A DNA stretch of 64,000 nucleotides from an uncultured Acidimicrobiia bacterium (GCA_963790325.1 CAWBNY010000004.1:4210-68209); one strand, 5' to 3'. Shown: positions 26,482 through 34,886, counted from the stretch's first letter. The notes: a model not told the origin generated them from the letters alone. A program made the numbers and translations.

Positions 26482-27076
26482 GTCGACATCCCGGGAGGAC
26501 TCGGTCGCCGACCTGGTGCTGGCGGCCAGGGCCGGCGACGCCGCCGCCTGGGACGCCCTCGTCGACCGCTTCGCCGGCCGGATCATGGCCGTCACCCGGT
26601 CCTTCCGCCTCGGGCGGGCCGACGCCGACGACGTCTTCCAGGTCACCTGGCTGCGCCTGGTCGCCAACCTCGAGAGCATCCGGGAACCCGATCGGGTCGG
26701 CGCCTGGCTGGTGACCACCGCGTCCCACGAGTGCCTGCGGCTGCTGCGCAAGGCCGGCCACCAGGCCCCGGGCGACGACGGCTGGGAGGACGGCCTGGTC
26801 GACGACGCGGCCGAGGTCGACGCGGGCGTGCTCACCACCGAGCGCGACCACGCCCTGTGGGCGGCGATGGGGATGCTTTCCGCCGCCTGCCAGCGACTCC
26901 TGCGGTTGCTGGCGGCCGACCCCGCCCCCACCTACGAAGAGGTCTCGGCGGCCCTGTCCATGCCGATCGGCAGCATCGGCCCCACCCGCCGCCGGTGCCT
27001 CGACCACCTCCGAACCCATTTCTCGCGTATCACCGGGACGCCCCAAGGCTCATCTGAGTTGGGGGAGATGCCATGA
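26480..27076 (+). CDS. ECF-family RNA polymerase sigma factor
   Basis: Region 2 shows AGDAAAWDALVDRF...DADDVFQVTWLRL, and the region 4 HTH shows YEEVSAALSMPIGSIGPTRRRCLDHLR. An alternative start is the GTG at 26516. Confidence 0.85.
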   Translation: MSTSREDSVADLVLAARAGDAAAWDALVDRFAGRIMAVTRSFRLGRADADDVFQVTWLRLVANLESIREPDRVGAWLVTTASHECLRLLRKAGHQAPGDDGWEDGLVDDAAEVDAGVLTTERDHALWAAMGMLSAACQRLLRLLAADPAPTYEEVSAALSMPIGSIGPTRRRCLDHLRTHFSRITGTPQGSSELGEMP

Positions 27077-27558
27077 CTGATCACGAAGACCGAGACGACC
27101 GAGACGACGACCTCCTGGAGGAGCTGCGAGCGATGCTGGGCCGCGTCGATCCGGTCCCGGTGGAGATGGTCGCCGCCGCCCGCGCCACCTTCATCTGGCA
27201 CACGATCGACGCCGAGCTGGCCCAGCTCACCTGCGATTCGGTCCTCGACACCGATCGCATGGCCGGCGTCCGCGGCGGGAGCACGGCGGTCGGGCCCCAG
27301 CTGCTCACCTTTTCGGCCGAAGGCCTGACGGTGGAGATCGAGGCCACCACCGGGCCGGGCGGGCTGCGCCTGCTCGGCCAGCTGGTCCCGCCCCAGCCGG
27401 GCCAGGTCGAGGTCTGCCACCCGGGGGGCACCACCACCGTCGACGTCGACGCCCTGGGCCGCTTCGCGGCCGACGGTCTGGCCCCGGGCCCGGTGAGCCT
27501 GCGCTGCCGCCCCGCGCAGGGCGGCCCCGCCGTCGGCACCGACTGGTTTCTCGCCTAG
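27073..27558 (+). CDS. sigma-coupled soluble protein (putative anti-sigma/partner), no TM segment and no zinc-finger motif
   Basis: It overlaps the sigma gene stop (ATGA). It has an acidic N-terminus (DHEDRDDRDDD) and a predicted beta-rich C-terminal half. No HxxxCxxC motif is present. Confidence 0.6.
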   Translation: MTDHEDRDDRDDDLLEELRAMLGRVDPVPVEMVAAARATFIWHTIDAELAQLTCDSVLDTDRMAGVRGGSTAVGPQLLTFSAEGLTVEIEATTGPGGLRLLGQLVPPQPGQVEVCHPGGTTTVDVDALGRFAADGLAPGPVSLRCRPAQGGPAVGTDWFLA

Positions 27559-27615
27559 GACGTATCAGGGAGCCCCGTCGGCGGCTCTCAGTGGTGAGCG
27601 ACCGAGGGAGGCGAG

Positions 27616-27831
27616 ATGGACTCGATCACGCAGAGCGACACCTGCTACCTGCTGCTGACCGGCGGGCGGGGCTCACCCCAGAGCCTGATGTTCCGGACCG
27701 AGGAGCAGGCGCAGGCCGAGTTCCGCAGGATCAGCCGGGCCCCCCGGGCGGGGACCCAGTGGATGGAGCTGTCGATGGTGGTCGGCGGCGGCCGCCTCCA
27801 CCGGCTGGCCTCCTACGCCCGACCCTCGTAG
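27616..27831 (+). CDS. small hypothetical protein (71 aa)
   Basis: The ATG is preceded by GAGGGAGGCGAG. No family was recognised. Confidence 0.5.
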   Translation: MDSITQSDTCYLLLTGGRGSPQSLMFRTEEQAQAEFRRISRAPRAGTQWMELSMVVGGGRLHRLASYARPS

Positions 27832-27919
27832 ATCCCCCCGCGGGGCCAGCGGCGAGCAGGGCGCCGGTCAACGGCGACAGGCGCCCCGCCCGTCCATCCG
27901 GGCTAGTCTCCGACGCCCG

Positions 27920-28807
27920 ATGGACCAACGGCTCGTGACACCCCAGATCCGCACCCTCTTCTGGGGCGTGGGCTGCGCCTTCTCCGGCCTGGCGGGACTG
28001 GTGCTGTTCCTCTTCCCGGAGAAGACCGACACCCTCTTCGCCTGGACGATCGCCCGGGGCGACACCGCCGCCTTCCTCGGTGCCTGCTTCCTCGGGATCA
28101 GCCTTCTCTCGTTCCTCTGCTACGGCATCACCGAGTGGCGGGGGGTCCGGTTCTGCTTCCTGGGGACGCTGGCCTTCGTCACCGCCATGACGGTGGCCAC
28201 CCTCCTCCACCTCGACCAGTTCCACTTCGGCAGCGACGAGCCCATCGCCCTGGTCACGGCCTTCGGGTGGACCATCGTCTACCTGGCCGCGCCGGTGGCC
28301 GGTTGGCTGCTGCTGTCCCGCCAGCTGCGGGAGCCGGGGTCCGACCACCGCCCGGCGACCCCCATCGTCCCCGGCCTGCGCTATCTCTACCTGGCCCAGG
28401 GCGGGCTGCTGGTGGCGGTCGGGGTCGTGCTGTTCGTGTCCCCCGGGTCGGCCGACAGCGTGTGGCCATGGCCCCTCACCCCGTTGACCGCCCGGGCGGT
28501 GGGGTCGTTCCTCATCGGATTCGGGATCATGCTCGTCGGCGTCGGTCGGGAGGACGCGACCGAGATCCTGGAGCCACCCGGCGCCGCCTGCTGGTGGACG
28601 GCGCTGCTGTCGGGGATGGCCGCCACCCGGTTCCAGGGGACTGTCGACGTCGGCTCCATCCGAGGTCTGCTGTGGTGCCTGGTGGTCGTGAGCCTCCTCC
28701 TCGGGGGCGTCGCCGGCGAGCTGGCCGCCCGCCGCCTGCGGGCCGGCCCCCGTCCACCCGGCGCACCCCGCCCGCCCCGTCCCCCACGACGACCGATCGA
28801 GGGCTAG
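27920..28807 (+). CDS. polytopic membrane protein with internal duplication and Pro/Arg-rich tail
   Basis: There are about 8 hydrophobic segments. The halves begin FPEKTDTLFAWTIARGDTAAFLG and SPGSADSVWPWPLTPLTARAVGSFLIG. Confidence 0.7.
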   Translation: MDQRLVTPQIRTLFWGVGCAFSGLAGLVLFLFPEKTDTLFAWTIARGDTAAFLGACFLGISLLSFLCYGITEWRGVRFCFLGTLAFVTAMTVATLLHLDQFHFGSDEPIALVTAFGWTIVYLAAPVAGWLLLSRQLREPGSDHRPATPIVPGLRYLYLAQGGLLVAVGVVLFVSPGSADSVWPWPLTPLTARAVGSFLIGFGIMLVGVGREDATEILEPPGAACWWTALLSGMAATRFQGTVDVGSIRGLLWCLVVVSLLLGGVAGELAARRLRAGPRPPGAPRPPRPPRRPIEG

Positions 28808-28903
28808 ACGTCCGACCGCCGTCCGCCGCCGGCACCTCAGCCTCAGCCGGGTGGCTCGACGACGACCCCGACGACGGCGAGTCCCCCGGTTGGTTGGACG
28901 GCC

Positions 28904-29845
28904 CTAGCCGCTGGCGCCCTCCGGGGACGGCTCGGGCTTGTTCCGGCCCAGGTCGCAGCCGTTCTCCTCGAGGAACGCCTGGATGGCGGCCCGCTCCTCA
29001 CGGCTGAGGCGGCGCTGGGCGCCCTGGGGCGGCTGCGGGGGGATGGGGTAGCCGAGCATCGACGCCATGACGACGACCACCCGGTCGTAGCGTCCGAGGT
29101 CGTCCACCCAGTCCTGGGCCTTCGTCTCCCAGTAGTGGTTGCGGGTGGTGGTGTAGCTGTCGAGCTCGCCCTGGATGGTGCGGGCCTGCCCGGCCAGCAG
29201 CCCGAGGTGCTTGCGCGTCTGCTCGGCGGGATCCTCCTCGTCCTCCTCCGGCTCGTCGCCGACCAGGGCGCCGGTGCCGAGGGGATCGCGTCCGGTGAGC
29301 GCCAGCAGCTCGGTCTGCCGGTCGATGGAGACCGGGACCTTCACCGCCGGTCCGAACGCCCCCGCCTCCCGCCACATGTCGGCCTGGGGGGCGAGGTACC
29401 CCAGGGCGAAGTCGACCAGGTCGGGGTCGAGGTGCTCGTCCCCGCCGGTGGCCCGGGCCAGGTCCCAGGTGTGGACGACATGGTCGGTGGTGATCTGGGC
29501 CAGGTAGTCCTCGCCGGTGATGTCGCCGAACGACACGTGCACCACCCGCAGCGGGACGTCGTCGTCGTGGCAGGCGGCGAGCGCGGCCACCGCCACGTCG
29601 GTCCAGGCCGACCACGGGTCGTCGCCGACCTGGTCGCCGTCGAACCGGTTGCCCACCTCGGCGATCGTCTCCCCCGCCAGCAGGGGCGGGACCCACTGGT
29701 TCTCGTTGACGACGTGGTTGAGCAACGCCTTCACGTCCCACTCGGCGTTGGGCGTGGGCAGCGACAGCTGGTCCTTGGACACCGCCCGCACGCGGGCGCC
29801 GAACTCGTCGACCGCCCGCCGGTACAACCCGATCACGTCGGCCAT
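28904..29845 (-). CDS. DinB/mycothiol-maleylpyruvate-isomerase N-terminal-domain protein with about 110-aa C-terminal extension
   Basis: PTPNAEWDVKALLNHVV.EN.W...ITTDHVVHTWDLARATG follows the pattern of the actinobacterial DinB-like (TIGR03086-type) family. Confidence 0.7.
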   Translation of the reverse strand: MADVIGLYRRAVDEFGARVRAVSKDQLSLPTPNAEWDVKALLNHVVNENQWVPPLLAGETIAEVGNRFDGDQVGDDPWSAWTDVAVAALAACHDDDVPLRVVHVSFGDITGEDYLAQITTDHVVHTWDLARATGGDEHLDPDLVDFALGYLAPQADMWREAGAFGPAVKVPVSIDRQTELLALTGRDPLGTGALVGDEPEEDEEDPAEQTRKHLGLLAGQARTIQGELDSYTTTRNHYWETKAQDWVDDLGRYDRVVVVMASMLGYPIPPQPPQGAQRRLSREERAAIQAFLEENGCDLGRNKPEPSPEGASG

Positions 29846-29861
29846 TGGCGACCACCTCCGC

Positions 29862-30422
29862 CTATGTGATTACCACCTCCGTGTCGCTCAACGCACGAAT
29901 CGTGTTGGAGACGTAGCAGACCCGGGACGCGTGGGCCGCCAGCTGCTCCAGCTCCTCCCGGGGATGGCCGGACGTGACCTCCACCCGGACGTGGGTGAAC
30001 CTGGGGCCGTCGTAGGTGCCCACCGCCCGCACCGCGATGTCGGGCAGCTCGATTCCCCGCTTGCGGGCCACGTGGGCCAGGGCCAGGGTGAAGCACGAGG
30101 CGAGGGAGGCGAGGAACAGCTCGGTGGGCTGGGGCCCGGTGTCGTCGCCGCCCGACTTGAGCGGCTCGTCGACCCGGATCTCGAATTCCCGGGCCCTGAC
30201 CCGGCACCGGTACCCACCGTCCCAGGTGGCCTCGACCGAGAGCTCAGCCGTGCGAGTGGTCCCCGTGGTCGTGGCCGGCCGGGCGCCGGGCCAGGCCCAT
30301 CGCCCGGTGGTCGATCTCGGCCGCCGACACCAAGCCGCCGGCGGCCAGCACCGACTCCAGCGCCGCCAGCCAGCAGTGGTAGTAGCTCCAGGGCACTGCC
30401 ACAAGGTCCGAACTGGTGACAT
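29862..30422 (-). CDS. OsmC/Ohr-family protein (start uncertain)
   Basis: The OsmC core GGDDTGPQPTELFLASLASCF...VCYVSNT begins near 30250. The only canonical in-frame starts are at 30410 and 30422, inside the upstream gene. Confidence 0.65.
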   Translation of the reverse strand: MSPVRTLWQCPGATTTAGWRRWSRCWPPAAWCRRPRSTTGRWAWPGARPATTTGTTRTAELSVEATWDGGYRCRVRAREFEIRVDEPLKSGGDDTGPQPTELFLASLASCFTLALAHVARKRGIELPDIAVRAVGTYDGPRFTHVRVEVTSGHPREELEQLAAHASRVCYVSNTIRALSDTEVVIT

Positions 30423-30654
30423 CTTCGGTCGCCGGGGCCACAGGATCTGTCACCAGTTCGGGGTCGGGCCAGCCGGCGATGGTGGCGATCAGCTCCTGGC
30501 GGAAGTCCTCCCAGTCGAACGCGCCGGCGGCGTGCAACGCCAGCGCCAGTCCGAACGCCCGGCTCTCCCAGGGCTCGGCGAAGACCAGCTCCCCGTTGCT
30601 CCGGGGGGGCGAGGCGGGGCCGTAGACGTCGAGGACGCCGACGGTCGCGCTCAC
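30244..30654 (-). CDS. nitrile hydratase accessory (activator) protein, beta-subunit-homologue type
   Basis: It overlaps the alpha subunit stop (GTGA). [18 protein letters not shown]... is the beta-like N-terminal motif. The C-terminal tail is His-rich (HDHGDHSHG). Confidence 0.8.
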   Translation of the reverse strand: MSATVGVLDVYGPASPPRSNGELVFAEPWESRAFGLALALHAAGAFDWEDFRQELIATIAGWPDPELVTDPVAPATEDVTSSDLVAVPWSYYHCWLAALESVLAAGGLVSAAEIDHRAMGLARRPAGHDHGDHSHG

Positions 30655-31253
30655 GAGGGCGACGGCACCCGGGCCACGCCCACCATGGCGTCGCGGGTGA
30701 CGAGGGCGGCCAACTCGTCCTCGGCCAGGCCGTCGGTGCCGGCAGGGCGCTCGGGGAGCACCATGTAGCGCACCTCCGACGACGAGTCCCACACCTGGAT
30801 GTCGACGCCGGCGGGCACGTCGAGGCCCATCTCGGCCAGCAGGGTGCGGGGCTCGCGCACCATCCGCGACCGGTAGGCGGGGTCCTTGTACCAGGCCGGC
30901 GGCAGTCCGAGAACCGGCCACGGGTAGCAGGAGCACAGGGTGCACACCACCACGTGGTGGGTGCCGGGCGTCTGCTCCAGAACCACGATGTGCTCGCCCT
31001 GGGGGCCCTTGAAGCCCATCTCGGCGATGGAGCCGGTGCCGTCGGCCAGCAGGCGGGCCTTGTACTCGGGGTCGGACCAGGCGTGGGCCACGACCCTGGC
31101 CCCGTTCATGGGGCCGACGTTCTCCTCGTAGTTCTTGATGAACCCGTCCATCACCTTGGGGTCGACCAGGCCCCGCTCGACCAGGATCGACTCCAGGGCC
31201 TCGGTGCGCAGGGCGATGGGCAGGCGCTCGGCGTCGGTGTCGCTCACGCTCAT
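30651..31253 (-). CDS. nthA: nitrile hydratase alpha subunit, cobalt type
   Basis: The metal-binding motif is [15 protein letters not shown]. The Thr and Tyr variants indicate the Co type. The ATG at 31253 overlaps the beta subunit stop (ATGA). Confidence 0.92.
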   Translation of the reverse strand: MSVSDTDAERLPIALRTEALESILVERGLVDPKVMDGFIKNYEENVGPMNGARVVAHAWSDPEYKARLLADGTGSIAEMGFKGPQGEHIVVLEQTPGTHHVVVCTLCSCYPWPVLGLPPAWYKDPAYRSRMVREPRTLLAEMGLDVPAGVDIQVWDSSSEVRYMVLPERPAGTDGLAEDELAALVTRDAMVGVARVPSPS

Positions 31254-31918
31254 GACGGGGCAGCCTCCAGGTAGGACTCGTACAGGTCGATGGTGACGGT
31301 GAACGGCTCGGCACCGTCGCCCCACAGCTCGGCCGAGTCAAAGACGACCGCGTACACGTGCTGGGGGTTCTCGCCCAGGAAGTGGGCGTTGGTCTCGGGC
31401 AGCACCATGGCCGGCTGGACCAGGCGGACCTCGCCCGTCCGGCCCCGCACGTACCGGGGCAGGCGGGTGTGGCCGGAGGGGTGGATGTCCTTCGCCCGCA
31501 CCCGGTCACCGGGTTCGAAGGCGGGCGGGGTTTCGACCGGGCGGATGGAGCCGGCGGCGGTGGGCTTGTAGTCGGGCTTGTTGGGCTCGGGGACGGGCGG
31601 CTCCTCCACGTCCTCCCCCCGCAGCTTCCTGGCCCGGGCGTCGACCGCCCCCGGGGCGATGATCGAGCTGTCGGTGAGCAGGTTCTCGGCCATCTTCAGC
31701 CACCGGCCGTAGTACCCGAAGGCGAGGTAGTCGATGGGGTGCTGGCGGTTGAGGGCGTGGCGGAACGAGTCGAGGTTGGTGCCCGACACCCGCATCGAGA
31801 GCAGGGCCATGGCGAAGGCCCGCCGCTCCCAGTCCTCGTGGAAGGGCGGGTCGTCGGGCGGCGTCAGCCGCACCGACCCGAAACCCTGCAGGCCGCCCAT
31901 GTCGGCGACGGTGTCCAA
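31250..31918 (-). CDS. nthB: nitrile hydratase beta subunit
   Basis: Contains GGLQGFG..., [22 protein letters not shown] and ENPQHVY.V.F. The TTG at 31918 is preceded by GGAGG plus a 6-nt spacer. Confidence 0.9.
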   Translation of the reverse strand: MDTVADMGGLQGFGSVRLTPPDDPPFHEDWERRAFAMALLSMRVSGTNLDSFRHALNRQHPIDYLAFGYYGRWLKMAENLLTDSSIIAPGAVDARARKLRGEDVEEPPVPEPNKPDYKPTAAGSIRPVETPPAFEPGDRVRAKDIHPSGHTRLPRYVRGRTGEVRLVQPAMVLPETNAHFLGENPQHVYAVVFDSAELWGDGAEPFTVTIDLYESYLEAAPS

Positions 31919-31991
31919 GGTTGACCTCCTCCTCGAAGGCGGAGCGCCGCGCCCGGCCGGCGGTGCCGGGCGCGGCTGCTCCAGGACTGGC

Positions 31992-32480
31992 TCAGACGGT
32001 CCAGGTGTTGATCTGGAAGGCACCCGCCCGCCAGGCGGTGAGGGCCGAGTCGAGCACGTCGAGGGGGTGGAACGGGGTGACGCCGTCGATGAGGTCGTCC
32101 TCCCGGAACCCGTAGAGGGCGCCCATGGCGAAGCGGCAGGCGTACACCTTGGCTCCCTCCCGCAGAAGGGTCTTGATCTGGTTGTTGATGGCCATGTGGC
32201 CGGGAAAGGCCTCCTGGCCGACGGCGGGGAAGCCCCGGGTGCCGGAGGCGAGGAGCACGCCCGGGCCGTAGAGGACGATGCTCACGTCGAAGCCCTTGCG
32301 CACCAGCCGGGTCGACGTCAACAGGTTCACCAGGGCCACCGACCCCTCGTAGGGGACGGTGTGGATGAAGACGAAGGCCTTCTCCCCCGGGTTGGCCTTG
32401 ATGTCCTCGAACAGCTTCTCGTCGGTGTTGAACAGGACCTCGCCGTCGGCGGGCCGCTCATTGTTGACGGTCTTCGGCAT
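31992..32480 (-). CDS. DsrE/DsrF-like small protein (assignment tentative)
   Basis: The protein is 162 aa with a strong Shine-Dalgarno sequence (GAGGAGAG). The pattern FVFIHTVPYEG...VLYGPGV...KVYACRFAMG suggests the DsrE-like fold. This is a low-certainty call made by eye. Confidence 0.55.
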   Translation of the reverse strand: MPKTVNNERPADGEVLFNTDEKLFEDIKANPGEKAFVFIHTVPYEGSVALVNLLTSTRLVRKGFDVSIVLYGPGVLLASGTRGFPAVGQEAFPGHMAINNQIKTLLREGAKVYACRFAMGALYGFREDDLIDGVTPFHPLDVLDSALTAWRAGAFQINTWTV

Positions 32481-32489
32481 CTGCTCTCC

Positions 32490-32807
32490 TCAGCTCTCAC
32501 TCGCGGGGGTCTCGGGGTCTTTGCTGTCTGACATCGGTGGTGCGACCGGCCCCACCGCGGGTGTCCCCCGCACCGGCGATCGGGTCCAGGTCTGGCGGTG
32601 GCTGCCGGGCATGAGCTGGATCGTCATCCGCCGCAGCCTCCATGGCAGCCGCCGGTAGGTCGGGGCGAACAGCCCCAGCCAGAACTGCTCGCGCCAGCCC
32701 TTCGGTGCCGACGGTGGCTCCCGGCCGTAGCGGGCGGCGACGCGCCGCTGGGCGTCGACCATGAGGTAGTGCTCCGAGTTCTGCCGCAGCCAGCGGGCGA
32801 AGCCCAT
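32490..32807 (-). CDS. small hypothetical protein (105 aa)
   Basis: It is packed tightly between its neighbours (1-nt and 9-nt gaps). The N-terminal 60 aa are Trp/Arg-rich. No family was recognised. Confidence 0.5.
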   Translation of the reverse strand: MGFARWLRQNSEHYLMVDAQRRVAARYGREPPSAPKGWREQFWLGLFAPTYRRLPWRLRRMTIQLMPGSHRQTWTRSPVRGTPAVGPVAPPMSDSKDPETPASES

Positions 32808-32808
32808 G

Positions 32809-34143
32809 TCACAGGGCCGCCAGGGCGTTCTGGGCCGCCACCGAGATGGGCTCGTTGAGGGCGCCGATCGGGGGCGAGTACACGTTCTCCATGGTGGCCA
32901 GGTCGCGCAGGGTGATCCCCGTCTTGACCGCCATGCCCAGGAAGTCGGCCCGCTCCTTGATCCCCTCGCCGCCCACCATCTGGGCCCCGATGAGGCGCAG
33001 GCTCCCCGGTTCGGCCAGCAGCTTGACCCGGATCTTCTTGACCCCCGGGTAGTAGCGGGCCCGGGAGATCCCGTTGGCCACCCCCAGCACGTGGGGGATG
33101 CCGAGGGCGGTGGCCAGGGTCTCGCCGAAGGAGACCCCGCCGATCATCCACTTGCCCGCCACCATCCCCCATGGGACGTAGACCGGCTGGTAGGCCCGCC
33201 TGCCGCCGGCGGCGTTGGTGCCCGCCACCTTGCCCTGGGCGTAGGCGTGGCTGCCGGAGAGCCCCTGGATGGGGAGGTTGCTGACCCCGTGGGGAAGCTC
33301 GGCGCAGTCGCCGGCGGCGTAGACGTCGGGGTGGGAGGTGCCCATGCGCTCGTCGACCACGATCCCGCCGGTGGAGCCGGTCCGGATGCCGGCGGACGAG
33401 GCCAGGCGGGCGTTGGGCTGCTTGTGGGTGCAGACCACGACCAGGTCGGCGGGGAGGTCGCCTCCGTCGGTCCTGACCGCCTTGACATGGCCGTCGTCGT
33501 CGCCCACGAAGGCCCGGGCGGGGGTGTTCCAGTGCATCTTCACGCCCATCTCGGCCCACGACTCCTCCACCGGGGCGGCGATGTCGGGGTCGGCCGCCTC
33601 GGCCAGGGCCCACGGCGCCTTGTCGACCAGGTGGGTCTCGATCCCCCGATGGGCGAGGGCGGTGACCATCTCCAGGCCCAGGGGCGAGGCCTCCACCACC
33701 ACCGCCACCTTGACCGTGTCGAGGACCTTGTCCCACTCCATGGCCCGGCGGATGTTCTTGACGTAGTAGAGGCCCTGGAGGTCGGTGCCGGGGACGCCGG
33801 GGTCGGCGTAGTCGAAGCCGGTGCCGAGGATCAGGCGGTCGAAGCCCTCGTCGCCCTCACCTTCGATCGTGATCCGCTTCTGGTTGACGTCGAGGCCGGT
33901 GACCCGGGTGTCGTAGTGGATGTCGATGCCGTTCTCCTGGTACGCCTCCTTGGTGGCCAGGAAGAGGCGCTCGAAGTCGGGGATCTCCTTGCCGTGGACG
34001 TAGGGGATGCCGCACGGGCTGTAGGCCGCGTCCTCGTACTCGGTGTAGACGGTGACCTGGGCGCCGCGATCGGTAGCCTTGGCCGCGCCGGCCGCTCCGA
34101 TGCCGGCGGCGCCGCCGCCCACAACCACGATCCTCTGGCCCAA
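32809..34143 (-). CDS. FAD-dependent pyridine nucleotide-disulfide oxidoreductase, single-Cys CoA-disulfide reductase/NADH oxidase type
   Basis: Contains the FAD motif VVVGGGAAG, the active-site context YSPCGIPY, a second Rossmann fold (VAVVVEASPLGLE), AAGDCA and a C-terminal dimerisation domain. The track start is a TTG; an alternative GTG at 34128 follows AGAGGA. Confidence 0.9.
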   Translation of the reverse strand: MGQRIVVVGGGAAGIGAAGAAKATDRGAQVTVYTEYEDAAYSPCGIPYVHGKEIPDFERLFLATKEAYQENGIDIHYDTRVTGLDVNQKRITIEGEGDEGFDRLILGTGFDYADPGVPGTDLQGLYYVKNIRRAMEWDKVLDTVKVAVVVEASPLGLEMVTALAHRGIETHLVDKAPWALAEAADPDIAAPVEESWAEMGVKMHWNTPARAFVGDDDGHVKAVRTDGGDLPADLVVVCTHKQPNARLASSAGIRTGSTGGIVVDERMGTSHPDVYAAGDCAELPHGVSNLPIQGLSGSHAYAQGKVAGTNAAGGRRAYQPVYVPWGMVAGKWMIGGVSFGETLATALGIPHVLGVANGISRARYYPGVKKIRVKLLAEPGSLRLIGAQMVGGEGIKERADFLGMAVKTGITLRDLATMENVYSPPIGALNEPISVAAQNALAAL

Positions 34144-34160
34144 GGCGTTTACTATACTGG

Positions 34161-34168
34161 ACGTACGT
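34161..34168. promoter_or_regulatory. ACGTACGT palindrome in AT-richer divergent promoter region
   Basis: A perfect 8-bp palindrome sits within tttactatactggacgtacgttt, between the oxidoreductase operon and the XRE-cupin gene. Confidence 0.2.
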
Positions 34169-34195
34169 TTCCCACGCTGTCAAGGAGGCGCCAAG

Positions 34196-34813
34196 TTGAC
34201 GGATCTGAGCGAGCCCATCACGGCGGAGGAAGGCGCTGGCCAGTCGTCCGTCGATCGCATCGTGGGGGCGATCGGGCCCCGGCTGCGAGAGCTGCGCCTG
34301 CAACGAGGGCTGTCGTTGCAGCAGCTGGCCGAGCGGGCCGGGGTGTCGGCGGCGGCCATCCACAAGATCGAGCGCAGCGGCATGGTCCCCACCATCACCA
34401 CCCTGCTGAAGCTGGCCGACGCCTTCGACCGCCCGGTGGGGTGGTTCGTCGACGAGGACGCGCCCACCGCCGGCCCGGTGGCCTTCACCGCGGCCGGGGC
34501 CCGGCCGCAGGCGTTCAGCCCCCAGCCGGGGGTCGAGCTGGCCACCGTCTCGGGGTCCTACGCCCGGTTCCTCCTGGACGCGGCCGTCGCCACCGTCGAG
34601 CCCGGCGCCGGCAGCGGCCCGGCCGACGACGAGCGCCAGGGTGAGGAGTTGGTCTTCGTGCTCGACGGGGTGCTCGACTTCGATGTCGACGGCCACCCGT
34701 ACCGGCTGGAGCCGGGCGACGCCCTCCACCTGCGCACCGACCGTCCCCACCGATGGGAGAACGGCGGGCACCGGCCGGCGCAGGCCCTGTGGGTGACCGT
34801 CCGCCCCCTGTAG
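34196..34813 (+). CDS. XRE-family HTH regulator with C-terminal cupin domain
   Basis: The HTH is LRLQRGLSLQQLAERAGVSAAAIHKIERS, and the cupin region is GEELVFVLDG...GDALH. The TTG start follows AAGGAGG. Confidence 0.85.
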   Translation: MTDLSEPITAEEGAGQSSVDRIVGAIGPRLRELRLQRGLSLQQLAERAGVSAAAIHKIERSGMVPTITTLLKLADAFDRPVGWFVDEDAPTAGPVAFTAAGARPQAFSPQPGVELATVSGSYARFLLDAAVATVEPGAGSGPADDERQGEELVFVLDGVLDFDVDGHPYRLEPGDALHLRTDRPHRWENGGHRPAQALWVTVRPL

Positions 34814-34886
34814 GTCAGACCGGGGCGGGGAAGATCAGCACCTCGACGTCGAGCTCGGCGACGCCCGGCCGGCGGCGGGCCTGGCG

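Noticed and set aside
22199-27831. A type III-E CRISPR (Craspase) locus or a bacterial gasdermin operon.
   Set aside because: The window contains no Cas7-11/gRAMP, no CRISPR repeats and no gasdermin-like membrane-active protein. Only the protease-plus-ECF-sigma logic is shared.
30651-31918. Thiocyanate hydrolase instead of nitrile hydratase, considered because of the sulfur-related neighbours.
   Set aside because: Thiocyanate hydrolase has three subunits, with the beta homologue split in two. Here there is one full-length beta and one alpha subunit plus a typical NHase activator.
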